DNA of 64,000 nucleotides from an uncultured Thermoplasmatales archaeon (GTDB lineage Archaea; Thermoplasmatota; Penumbrarchaeia; Penumbrarchaeales; Penumbrarchaeaceae): NCBI GenBank assembly GCA_964445525.1, contig CAYULA010000014.1, positions 10,492 to 74,491 of the forward strand, read 5' to 3'. Shown piece by piece: positions 53,765 to 64,000 of this stretch (position 1 is its first letter; each line of letters starts with the position of its first letter). The notes under the pieces were generated by a model. It saw only the letters and a program-made list of their open reading frames with translations, ran no database searches and was not told where the DNA came from. The position numbers and the translations under genes were made by a program.

Positions 53765-55339
53765 TCAATTAAGATTTTCATTTTCCGTCAGCAAGATCAA
53801 GGCCAGAGCATAGGTCCTTATTTTCTTTAAGAAGCCATCTATGGAGATTCTTTCATTCGGCTCGTGCGCCAATTCCTCCTCTCCCCCGGGTTCATCGACC
53901 GGCCCGAAGGCTGCCGCTTTCTCGAATGCCTTGGCATAGGTGGTACCCGAAATTGAATCCAGATCCTTTTTTCTGCCTGTGGAACTCCGGTATGCCCTTC
54001 TCATCGGATCAAGAAAATCCTCGTTATCATCCGGATCGATAAAGAGAGGTTCCTGGCTCCTACCCGTGATCGAGGAGGTGATATGGAGGCCACCCCTTTT
54101 TTTGTTGCCGCTGGAATTGGAATCATTGCGGGCGGCATGCCTGAACCTTTCTTCCACATCCTCGCAGGTGAGGCCCCTCGGAAATCTCACATTGATCATG
54201 GCATTTCCCTTTATTGGATTGATCTCGGCAATGCCCAGGTTTACGGTTGTATCTCCCATGTAATCATCGTGAAGGGACACCTCGAATCCGGAACCATCAA
54301 GCCTTGAGCATCTTTCCCTCAGGGCACTGATAAAAGATCTCATTCCTTTCGGACCCGGATCAAGGATATCAACGAATGTCAGTGCATCCAGCAATGCATT
54401 GTGACCCTTTTCCGGAAATGCCCCGTGTGCGGTTTTTCCCCTGAAAGTGATTTTGAAGAAGACGTTGTTCGGTTTTCTGCCATCATTACCTCCTCCCGCG
54501 ACGGTCCTCTCCGTTTTCATGTTGAATTCCTTCAGGAAATCATTCATGGCTATCTCGGTCTTGGCGAGTCGATCCGCAACTGCTTCCTCGAGATCTAAAT
54601 CGCATCTGATCAGAACTTCGGCTCTTTCGGGAACCATGTTGTGTCTTTTTCCTCCCTTCAGACGGAACAGTTCCAGATCGCCTTCCTCATCGGCCATTTC
54701 GTCCCAGATGGCTTTCCATCGGATCATGACCATGCCCTTCTCTCCGTTGATAATTGGGAATATGCCGTCAGGTACCATTACCATGTCCGGGATCTGATCC
54801 CGTTTGAGCAGAAGATCGATATCCTCCCACTCGTCGGTTTCCTCCCGGGTTCCCAGGATGATACGGATATTTTTTTCTGGTTTGTAATCCAGTCTCTTCA
54901 AGACATCCAAAACAGCGAATGTCATTGCTATCGGACCTTTGTCATCCTGTGCTCCCCTCCCCCAGATTTGATTGTCCGCTACGGTTCCCCCGAAAGGAGG
55001 ATGGGCCCAGCCTTTTCCTCCCGGAACCACATCGAGGTGACACGCAATTCCAACGGTTTCGGAGCCATTTTCGGAAACATCTTCCAAAACCCAATCCAAA
55101 ACCAGGGCCATTCCTTCATGTTCATTGTATTTCAGACCCAATCTTTCTGCCTCGTCACGGATGAATCTGAAGGCATCCGAGAATGCCTTTCTCGAATCTG
55201 CTTTTTCTCGGTCCGATCGGGGTGAACTCACCGTTTTGAATCTAAGAAGCTGTGTCAAAAATGAGATGTAAGAACCTTTTCTAACATCTATGATATCATC
55301 TATTTCCTTTTTCAATCTGTCCAGGTCCTGGTCTCTCAT
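53765..55339 (-). CDS. M20-family dipeptidase (PepV/Sapep-like)
   Basis: ACHLDVVPGGKGWAHPPFGGTVADNQIWGRGAQDDKGP is the M20 metal-binding block. The gene encodes 524 aa. Confidence 0.85.
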   Translation of the reverse strand: MRDQDLDRLKKEIDDIIDVRKGSYISFLTQLLRFKTVSSPRSDREKADSRKAFSDAFRFIRDEAERLGLKYNEHEGMALVLDWVLEDVSENGSETVGIACHLDVVPGGKGWAHPPFGGTVADNQIWGRGAQDDKGPIAMTFAVLDVLKRLDYKPEKNIRIILGTREETDEWEDIDLLLKRDQIPDMVMVPDGIFPIINGEKGMVMIRWKAIWDEMADEEGDLELFRLKGGKRHNMVPERAEVLIRCDLDLEEAVADRLAKTEIAMNDFLKEFNMKTERTVAGGGNDGRKPNNVFFKITFRGKTAHGAFPEKGHNALLDALTFVDILDPGPKGMRSFISALRERCSRLDGSGFEVSLHDDYMGDTTVNLGIAEINPIKGNAMINVRFPRGLTCEDVEERFRHAARNDSNSSGNKKRGGLHITSSITGRSQEPLFIDPDDNEDFLDPMRRAYRSSTGRKKDLDSISGTTYAKAFEKAAAFGPVDEPGGEEELAHEPNERISIDGFLKKIRTYALALILLTENENLN

Positions 55340-55345
55340 ATGTGA

Positions 55346-56353
55346 TCAACCCTCCGACCCGCCTTGAGAGTCTCCGTATCGTAAGCACCTCTTTCTTGCG
55401 GACCTGATGATTCTCTCGATAAGGCCGTTGTAGGACAATCCCCTGGCCTTTGCGGCTGTGACCATCGGACTGGCGGGTTTCAATCCCGGCAAGGCCGTTA
55501 CCTCTATCAGGTAAGGTGTTCCGTCCTCTGCAAGCCTGATGTCCACCCTCCCGAGGTCGGAGGTTCTCATTATTTCAAATGTTTTGGAAGACATCTCAAG
55601 AACCGATTTCCTGGTTTTGGATTCAAGTTGGGCCGGACATATGATATCTAGCACTTCCTCCTTGTCAGATGCCTTCTTCACTTCCTTGTCCATTATGTTG
55701 TGCTTTTCCTTCTTTTTCCTGTATTCGACAATTTCCAGCAGTCTCCCAGGAAACTCCTCCAGCATGGGAACCGTCAATTCCCTGCCTTCTATGAATTCCT
55801 CCACATCGATCCCGAGAGGGAAATCGTCTATCAATTCATCTATCCTTTCAGCTGCCTCCTCCCTGGAATTGACAATGGAATCCTCTCCTATTCCCAGCGA
55901 GGATCCTTCATAGTTGGGTTTTATGAAAGCGGGGAATCTCAGGTCATCCGGTATCTCGTCCTCTCTGGATGTTATCAGAATACCTTTGGGAACCTTTATC
56001 CCATTTACCTCCAGCAGTTTCAGGGTAAGTCGCTTGTCGAGATTGATGTACATTATGGCCGGACCACCTCCCGTGTAGGGGATATCCAGTATCTCGAATA
56101 TTGCGGGGAAATAGGCCTCCCGTCCCTTGGAATCCATCCCCTCGGCGAGATTGAAGATCAGGTCCGGTTTGGAATCGAGTATATCATCGATTATCACTTC
56201 AGGCGGTCCTGTGACCTCGACCGGCGTCACATCGAATCCCAGTGCGGATATGGAATTCAGCACATGATCCGCATATTCCCGGCTGATGAATTCGGTGGCA
56301 TCATCTTCCTTACCTCTCAGATTGTAGGTCAGGGTTATCCTAAAGTGCTCCAT
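55346..56353 (-). CDS. ATP-grasp ligase of the D-alanine--D-alanine ligase-like (COG1181) family
   Basis: It has DLIFNLAEGMDSKGREAYFPAIFEILDIPYTGGGP and DKRLTLKLLEVNGIKVPKG, with a C-terminal ATP-grasp (GRVDIRLAEDGTPYLIEVTALPGL). Confidence 0.75.
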   Translation of the reverse strand: MEHFRITLTYNLRGKEDDATEFISREYADHVLNSISALGFDVTPVEVTGPPEVIIDDILDSKPDLIFNLAEGMDSKGREAYFPAIFEILDIPYTGGGPAIMYINLDKRLTLKLLEVNGIKVPKGILITSREDEIPDDLRFPAFIKPNYEGSSLGIGEDSIVNSREEAAERIDELIDDFPLGIDVEEFIEGRELTVPMLEEFPGRLLEIVEYRKKKEKHNIMDKEVKKASDKEEVLDIICPAQLESKTRKSVLEMSSKTFEIMRTSDLGRVDIRLAEDGTPYLIEVTALPGLKPASPMVTAAKARGLSYNGLIERIIRSARKRCLRYGDSQGGSEG

Positions 56354-56486
56354 TTTCTTACTCCATTTTGTTAACCTGACCTGGCAACTATATATCGATG
56401 ACGCTTCGCATCCTATCCTTTCGATTATTTGGATGCGAAAGGTTTTTGATGTCGCAATCAGAGGTTTTAATCAAGGAAGCGATAAG

Positions 56487-57005
56487 ATGGCAAGGGTAGC
56501 TGCTATGATAGAGGACATGTACGAGGATGAGGAATATGATGCTCCAGCAACTGCGTTCAGGGATGAAGGCCATGAGGTGGTAAATATAGGATTGGAAAGC
56601 GGTAAGAAGGTAAAAGGCAAGAGGGGGAATTCCGAGACCACGGTTGAAAAAGAGGTCGGTAAGGTTTCCGTGGATGATTTTGACGCTTTGTTCATACCGG
56701 GAGGCCATTCACCCGACAAGCTGAGGGCAAATGATGATCCGGTAAATTTCGTCAGGGAATTCATGGAACGGGACAAACCAACCTTCATGATATGCCACGG
56801 CGCCCAGCTTTTGATAACAGCCAGGGTACTGGAGGGCAGAAAGGCCACGGGATGGAAGTCCATAGTCCAGGACATAAAGAACGCGGGAGCCGAGTACCTG
56901 GACCAGGAAGTGGTGAAGGACGGCAATCTCATAAGCAGCAGGCAGCCCTCTGATCTTCCGGCATTCATAGAGGCTTCGAGGTCCCTGCTCGAGAAGAAAG
57001 AATGA
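56487..57005 (+). CDS. DJ-1/PfpI-family intracellular protease/glyoxalase
   Basis: The nucleophile elbow is FMICHGAQLL. GNLISSRQPSDLPAF is also present. ATG at 56487 (MARVAAMIEDMYEDEEY); the ORF opens at 56433. Confidence 0.9.
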   Translation: MARVAAMIEDMYEDEEYDAPATAFRDEGHEVVNIGLESGKKVKGKRGNSETTVEKEVGKVSVDDFDALFIPGGHSPDKLRANDDPVNFVREFMERDKPTFMICHGAQLLITARVLEGRKATGWKSIVQDIKNAGAEYLDQEVVKDGNLISSRQPSDLPAFIEASRSLLEKKE

Positions 57006-57024
57006 ACGATTGGGGAGTTTTTCA

Positions 57025-58011
57025 ATGGATTATAAGATGAAAGATGGTGTGAAGGTGTCCAGGATCGCCCTGGGAACATGGGCGATCGGAGGTTTCAACT
57101 GGGGCGGAACTGATGAAAGAAGATCGGTAAAAACAATCAAATCCGCCGTGGAAAAGGAAATATGCGTAATAGATACGGCCCCTGCCTATGGATTCGGGAA
57201 ATCCGAGGAGATCGTGGGCCGCGCGATCAAGGGCATGGACAGGGAGAACATCGTCATCTCCACAAAGGTTGGAATTGACTGGGAGGGTGAAAAGACCTTC
57301 AGAAATTCATCCGGGGAGAGGATCGAAAAGGAGATAGACGATTCTCTGAAAAGACTCGGAACGGATCATGTGGATATTTACTATGTCCACTGGCCGGATC
57401 CTCTTGTGGATTTCAGGGAAACGGCCAGGACGATGAAGGAATTGTATAATTCCGGAAGGATCAGGGCGATCGGAGTATCCAATTACAACGTTGATCAGAT
57501 GGAGAGGTTCCGGACCGAAGCCCCGATTCACTTCTGCCAGCCTCCCTACAACATATTCGAGAGGGAGATAGAAAAAAACGGAATAATGGATTACTGCCGG
57601 GAAAATGGGATCGGCATGATGACCTACGGCGCCCTGTGCAGAGGATTGCTTTCAGGAAAGATGAAAAAGGACCGGGAATTCAAAGGGGATGACCTGAGAA
57701 AGATAGACCCAAAATTCCAGGAACCGAGGTTCGACCAGTATCTGGAAGCGGTTGATAGAATCGAAAAATTGGCCTCGGACAGGTACGGAAAAGGGATACT
57801 CGAGTTTGCTTTACGCTGGATCCTGGATAAGGGAGTGGAAACCGCAATATGGGGAGCGAGGAAGCCCTCTCAGCTCAAACCCATTGACGATATCTGGGAT
57901 TTCAGTATCGATGAGGATGATATGAAAGAGATCGATAAGATCCTCGATGAGACCATAGAGGATCCCGTGGGTCCGGAATTCATGGCTCCTCCCAACAGAG
58001 GAAACGCTTGA
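57025..58011 (+). CDS. aldo/keto reductase
   Basis: LGTWAIGG, IDTAPAYGFG, DIYYVHWPD and IGVSNY are AKR signature blocks. ATG at 57025; the ORF opens at 57010. Confidence 0.9.
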   Translation: MDYKMKDGVKVSRIALGTWAIGGFNWGGTDERRSVKTIKSAVEKEICVIDTAPAYGFGKSEEIVGRAIKGMDRENIVISTKVGIDWEGEKTFRNSSGERIEKEIDDSLKRLGTDHVDIYYVHWPDPLVDFRETARTMKELYNSGRIRAIGVSNYNVDQMERFRTEAPIHFCQPPYNIFEREIEKNGIMDYCRENGIGMMTYGALCRGLLSGKMKKDREFKGDDLRKIDPKFQEPRFDQYLEAVDRIEKLASDRYGKGILEFALRWILDKGVETAIWGARKPSQLKPIDDIWDFSIDEDDMKEIDKILDETIEDPVGPEFMAPPNRGNA

Positions 58012-60114
<2,103 letters not shown>

Positions 60115-60202
60115 TTAATAAAATATTATTTTTTATTTATTTTTTCCCTAGGAAATACTAAATACCCTTAAATCAACGATATCAGCAAAAGGAGCTGAAA
60201 AC

Positions 60203-63200
60203 ATGAAGAGAAGGACAATAAAAACATCTGAAACGTTAACGGTTTTAACTTTATTCGCGTTGTCCATGTTGATCATTCCCGGAGCTTTTGCGGCACCCCC
60301 GCAGATAACAACGACCGATGTTACCGCTGTCGATGAAGATTCGATGTACTCTGTCGATTACAACGCTTCGGATGCCGATTTGGACACCCTGACCTGGGAC
60401 CTCGATACAAATGCAACATTTCTCGGTATCGATACCGATAACGGATGGCTCAACGGAACACCCGCAAACGATGATGTGGGGACTTTCTGGGTAAACGTTA
60501 GCGTATCGGACGGATCGGAAGAGGATTGGAGCAATTTCACTTTGACAGTGAACAATGTTAACGATGATCCAGTGATAACCACCACCGATCCGGCAGGTAC
60601 CGGGATCGAGGACAATCAGTATTCGCAGACCTTCGAGGCTGAAGATGAGGACCCCACATCGGATACCCTCACCTGGTCACTGAACACCGACGCCAATTTT
60701 CTCAGTATAGGGGCAAGCACCGGCATTGTCTCGGGAACACCCGACGACTCCGGTGTGGGAATGTGGTTTGTCAATGTGACGGTTAACGACGGCAACGGAG
60801 GATCGGATCATATCAATTATACCCTGGACATTTCCAATGTGAACGACGATCCGGTGATAACAACCCTCGACAATCCCATCGCATTCGAGGATTCATTTTA
60901 CAGAGTCGATTACAACTTCACGGACGAGGACCCTCCCGGACAGGGGGATAAGTATGTTTGGGAGCTGTTTACGGACATTCCGGCTGACTGGTTGTCCATT
61001 GACTCTGCAACCGGGGTCCTTTCGGGGACTCCGACAAATGACGATGTGGGAACATATGGTGTCACGGTGAGGATCAGTGATTCGCTGGGAGGAATGGATA
61101 CCCACGACTTTGATCTGGTTGTCACCAATGTGAATGATCCCCCGGTTATTACGAATCCAGTTGAAGAGACATACTACTGGGAGGAGGACCTCTACGGAGA
61201 GATCGATTTCAATGCCACGGATGTAGATGCCGGAGAGATTCTGACCTGGGACCTGATCGCCGATGCACCATGGCTCTCCCTGGATGCGGATACCGGAATC
61301 CTATCCGGAACACCCACAAATGAGGAGGTTGGTGAATGGCTGGTGAATGTCACCGTTACGGATGACAGCATGGAATCTGACTGGAATGTGTTCACAATAG
61401 ATGTAACGAACACCAATGACCCTCCAACAATCGATCCGGTCTTTATAGATGAGATAGAAGAAGATGAACTGTTCTGGTATAATTTCACTGCTCAGGACAT
61501 TGATCCAACGGATGATGAAATAGAATGGTCTCTGGAAACCAATGCCATGTTCCTCTCCATCAATTCCCTGACCGGTAACCTATCCGGAACCCCCACCAAT
61601 AACGATGTGGGTGAATGGTGGATCAACGTTACAGCCTTTGATGGAAATGGCGGTTTCGATTACGTCAACAGGACCATAAATGTGGTCAATGTCAATGATG
61701 CTCCGGAGATACTGACCGAATCCCTTCCGGATGCAACCGAAGATGAATTTTACAGTTACATGATGAATGCCACCGACATGGACCCCACAAACGATCTCAT
61801 CAGCTGGTCTTTGGAGAGCACTGATCTTGCAACCCTTGAGATCATTTCCACCACAGGAAATCTTTCCTTCACTCCGTCCAACGGGGATGTTGGCGATCAT
61901 TGGGTCGTTATCAGGGCCACCGACACTTTTGGGGCCTACGACGAGGTAAATCTCTCGTTTACGGTGATGAATACCAATGATGACCCTGTGATCCAGACAA
62001 TATCCCTTCCCAATGCAATAGAGGACCAGGAATACTGGTTCGTTCTAAACGGAACGGACATCGATCCCACCGATGATTTATTGACCTGGACCATAAATGA
62101 TACGAATGCCGAGTTTCTCTTTTTGAATTCGGCAACGGGAAACCTGACAGGGACTCCCCTGAACGAGGATGTGGACGTATGGTATGTGAACATTACACTT
62201 GATGACGGTATGGGAGGAATGGACTGGGAAAATTTCACCATCCTCGTTGAAAATGTCAACGATCCTCCGGTTGTAAACAGATCCGGAATAGTTCTTGATA
62301 TGGAGGAGGATACAGGCTCACGGGAGATCGATCTCTACGACGTATTTGTTGATAGAGACGGGGATCTGTTGACCTTCGACTTCGAGGTCAATGAGAATTT
62401 CACTGTAATAATCTTTGACGGAGTTGCAAACATCACTCCCAGAGAAGATTTCTACGGAACGGAATCCATAGTCTTTACTGCATCTGACGGTATAAACGAA
62501 ACCTCGACCTCCATCAGTGTCTTTGTTGAACAGGTAAACGACCCTCCGCAGGATATCACAATTAATTTCAATATAACCTATGTGGAAGGAGGAAGCCAGC
62601 TTGTTTCCGCTTCAGCGGAAGATGTGGACGGAGACGAATTGACATATACCTGGATGTCAAACATCACTGGCGAGATCGGGATAGGCAGAGAGATCAATCT
62701 TTCTTTGCCCGCAGGCATTCACCAGGTTACGTTGGTGGTTTCCGATCCGTCCGGTGCCTCCATCAACGAAACCTTCGAGGTTACCATAGTTGACAGGGAA
62801 ACGGATGAAGAACAGGATGATGATGATGACGGATTTCCGTGGGTCCTGATCATAATAATCGTTGTTATTGTGATAGTCCTGATTGTTTTGATTCTGTTAC
62901 TTCTTGCCATGAGGAGAAAACCGGAAGAAGAAGAAATTGTCCCGCCTCCCGAAGAAGAGAGAGCTGTTTCGTACGAGCAAACTGCTTCCGTAGAAGAAGG
63001 GCCGGTGCCTACCACTGCCGAATCGGTGGAGCAGTCCATGTATGAGGATACGGGAGCCCAGGAACCTCCCCAGCAGCCTCAACCTCCATGGCAGGGTGAA
63101 CCTGGAGGAGAGATCCCGGTGGAACCTGCTGAGGAGCCCGGGACCGAGCCGGCTGAACCAGGCTATCCCGTAACTGAAGAATCCGTGGATACTGTGGCTC

Positions 63201-63346
63201 CTCCCCCGGAGCCCCAAGAACCTCCTTCAGATGAGTTCATGGCTCCTCCGGAGGAAGGCCAGTCAGAGCAAACCGGTTCAGAACCTTCGGCTGCTCAACA
63301 ACCAATGCCCCCGGAACCACCTGAATCCCTCGAGGAAAAGGAATAG
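60203..63346 (+). CDS. surface protein with ~8 cadherin-like/He_PIG-type repeats, TM anchor and Pro/Glu-rich cytoplasmic tail
   Basis: AAGGAG lies 9 nt before the ATG. It has the signal peptide TLTVLTLFALSMLIIPGAFA, repeats delimited by N(V/T)ND(D/P)P, the TM FPWVLIIIIVVIVIVLIVLILLLLAM and a ~140-aa P/E-rich tail. Confidence 0.85.
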   Translation: MKRRTIKTSETLTVLTLFALSMLIIPGAFAAPPQITTTDVTAVDEDSMYSVDYNASDADLDTLTWDLDTNATFLGIDTDNGWLNGTPANDDVGTFWVNVSVSDGSEEDWSNFTLTVNNVNDDPVITTTDPAGTGIEDNQYSQTFEAEDEDPTSDTLTWSLNTDANFLSIGASTGIVSGTPDDSGVGMWFVNVTVNDGNGGSDHINYTLDISNVNDDPVITTLDNPIAFEDSFYRVDYNFTDEDPPGQGDKYVWELFTDIPADWLSIDSATGVLSGTPTNDDVGTYGVTVRISDSLGGMDTHDFDLVVTNVNDPPVITNPVEETYYWEEDLYGEIDFNATDVDAGEILTWDLIADAPWLSLDADTGILSGTPTNEEVGEWLVNVTVTDDSMESDWNVFTIDVTNTNDPPTIDPVFIDEIEEDELFWYNFTAQDIDPTDDEIEWSLETNAMFLSINSLTGNLSGTPTNNDVGEWWINVTAFDGNGGFDYVNRTINVVNVNDAPEILTESLPDATEDEFYSYMMNATDMDPTNDLISWSLESTDLATLEIISTTGNLSFTPSNGDVGDHWVVIRATDTFGAYDEVNLSFTVMNTNDDPVIQTISLPNAIEDQEYWFVLNGTDIDPTDDLLTWTINDTNAEFLFLNSATGNLTGTPLNEDVDVWYVNITLDDGMGGMDWENFTILVENVNDPPVVNRSGIVLDMEEDTGSREIDLYDVFVDRDGDLLTFDFEVNENFTVIIFDGVANITPREDFYGTESIVFTASDGINETSTSISVFVEQVNDPPQDITINFNITYVEGGSQLVSASAEDVDGDELTYTWMSNITGEIGIGREINLSLPAGIHQVTLVVSDPSGASINETFEVTIVDRETDEEQDDDDDGFPWVLIIIIVVIVIVLIVLILLLLAMRRKPEEEEIVPPPEEERAVSYEQTASVEEGPVPTTAESVEQSMYEDTGAQEPPQQPQPPWQGEPGGEIPVEPAEEPGTEPAEPGYPVTEESVDTVAPPPEPQEPPSDEFMAPPEEGQSEQTGSEPSAAQQPMPPEPPESLEEKE
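60293..62550 (+). repeat. tandem ~95-100-aa cadherin-like coding repeats (x8 boundaries)
   Basis: The recurring consensus is NVNDdPvItt....a.ED..Y....a.D.D..D.LTW.L.t.a.FLsI...TG.LSGTPtNdDVG.WwVNVtV.DG.GG.d..nftl.V. Confidence 0.75.
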
Positions 63347-63359
63347 AAGAGAAATTTGT

Positions 63360-63391
63360 GAGCATCCCCTTCATCGGGATGCTCAATTTTT
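63360..63391 (+). terminator. hairpin + T-run terminator after the cadherin-like gene
   Basis: The 9-bp perfect stem gagcatccc/gggatgctc has a 7-nt loop and is followed by aattttt. It lies between convergent genes. Confidence 0.55.
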
Positions 63392-63402
63392 AATCCCATT
63401 AA

Positions 63403-63867
63403 TCATCTGGTGCAGTTCTCTTCCTTTTCCCTTATCAGGAATACCGGACAGCAGGCATGTCTGGAAACCTTCTCTGCAGTATCCCCCAGAAGAAGATGAT
63501 AGAGTCCTGTCCTTCCATGGGTGCCCATAACTATAAGATCAAAATTCTTGGAGGACTGGATAATCTCTTGGGCGGGATTTCCTGTTGCGGTCACTGACTT
63601 GGTGTCAATTCCTCTTTTGGTTGCTTCCTTTTCGTACTCCTCGATTATCTCTCTTGCATTCTTATCAATCAGTTCCCTTATTCCCTGCTCTGATAACTCC
63701 ATACCTTCCAGACCTGGGATTCCCCATGGCCCCGGAGCCTCAGAATTTACGTGAAGCAGGGTTATGCTGCTTCCAAATTTCTCTGATAGCGAGAGAGCCT
63801 GACGGAATGCTTTTTTCGATAGGTCCGATCCGTCAACGGGAACCAATATTTTCTGATATTCTTCCAT
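63403..63867 (-). CDS. universal stress protein (UspA family)
   Basis: 154 aa with ILVPVDGS, DLIVMGTHGRTGL, LLGDTAEKVSRHACCPVFLI. Confidence 0.9.
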   Translation of the reverse strand: MEEYQKILVPVDGSDLSKKAFRQALSLSEKFGSSITLLHVNSEAPGPWGIPGLEGMELSEQGIRELIDKNAREIIEEYEKEATKRGIDTKSVTATGNPAQEIIQSSKNFDLIVMGTHGRTGLYHLLLGDTAEKVSRHACCPVFLIREKEENCTR

Positions 63868-64000
63868 GATATTACCTCTTTATATCTGATTCCTAGATCT
63901 TGGACGATAAATAACTTACTGATGAAAAATCCACTGAAGCAGGGATGAACTGTTCAATCAAAACAGATATTTCAGAAACCATCTGTTAATTGGATCAATC

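Noticed and set aside
55700-57079. 224-aa (+) ORF in the ATP-grasp gene and 202-aa (-) ORF in the PfpI gene
   Set aside because: Both are shadow frames of well-supported genes.

Overview
This is a densely coded chromosomal segment of about 50 genes, and it looks archaeal. The markers are a PAN proteasome-activating AAA ATPase, the Cbf5 pseudouridine synthase, MfnA tyrosine/aspartate decarboxylase, an HPS-RraA fusion, TATA-like boxes and GGAGG/GGGGG-type ribosome-binding sites. I cannot place the lineage from the sequence alone. The many peptidases (M24B, M29, M20, PfpI), the giant membrane-anchored adhesin-like proteins and the bacterial-type genes (ClpB, NAD-dependent LigA, MATE, CrtW) fit a heterotrophic euryarchaeote or Thermoplasmatota-like organism. 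I recognised no rRNA, tRNA, CRISPR array, transposase or integrase. The observations most worth following up are listed here. (1) A membrane-anchored homolog of the T6SS tube protein Hcp lies next to a radical-SAM (ArsS-type) gene and two transferase genes. (2) An operon encodes a wHTH protein, a small protein, an active KaiC-like ATPase, a long P-loop-dead KaiC-like protein and a Cys-rich protein. (3) A DUF835 membrane protein is tightly coupled to a wHTH-STAND NTPase-TPR protein. (4) A tusA-like/dsrE2/dsrE sulfur-relay cluster, whose TusA lacks the catalytic Cys, is packed against a 1.46-kaa PAS/GAF hybrid kinase and a REC-kinase. (5) A COG1373 (AAA_14/DUF4143) ATPase gene is bracketed by ~220-bp direct repeats that duplicate the 5' end and promoter of the neighbouring aminopeptidase gene. 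(6) A 2,100-aa surface protein has a transmembrane hairpin in mid-chain. All functional calls come from reading motifs by eye in the supplied translations. No database search was run.
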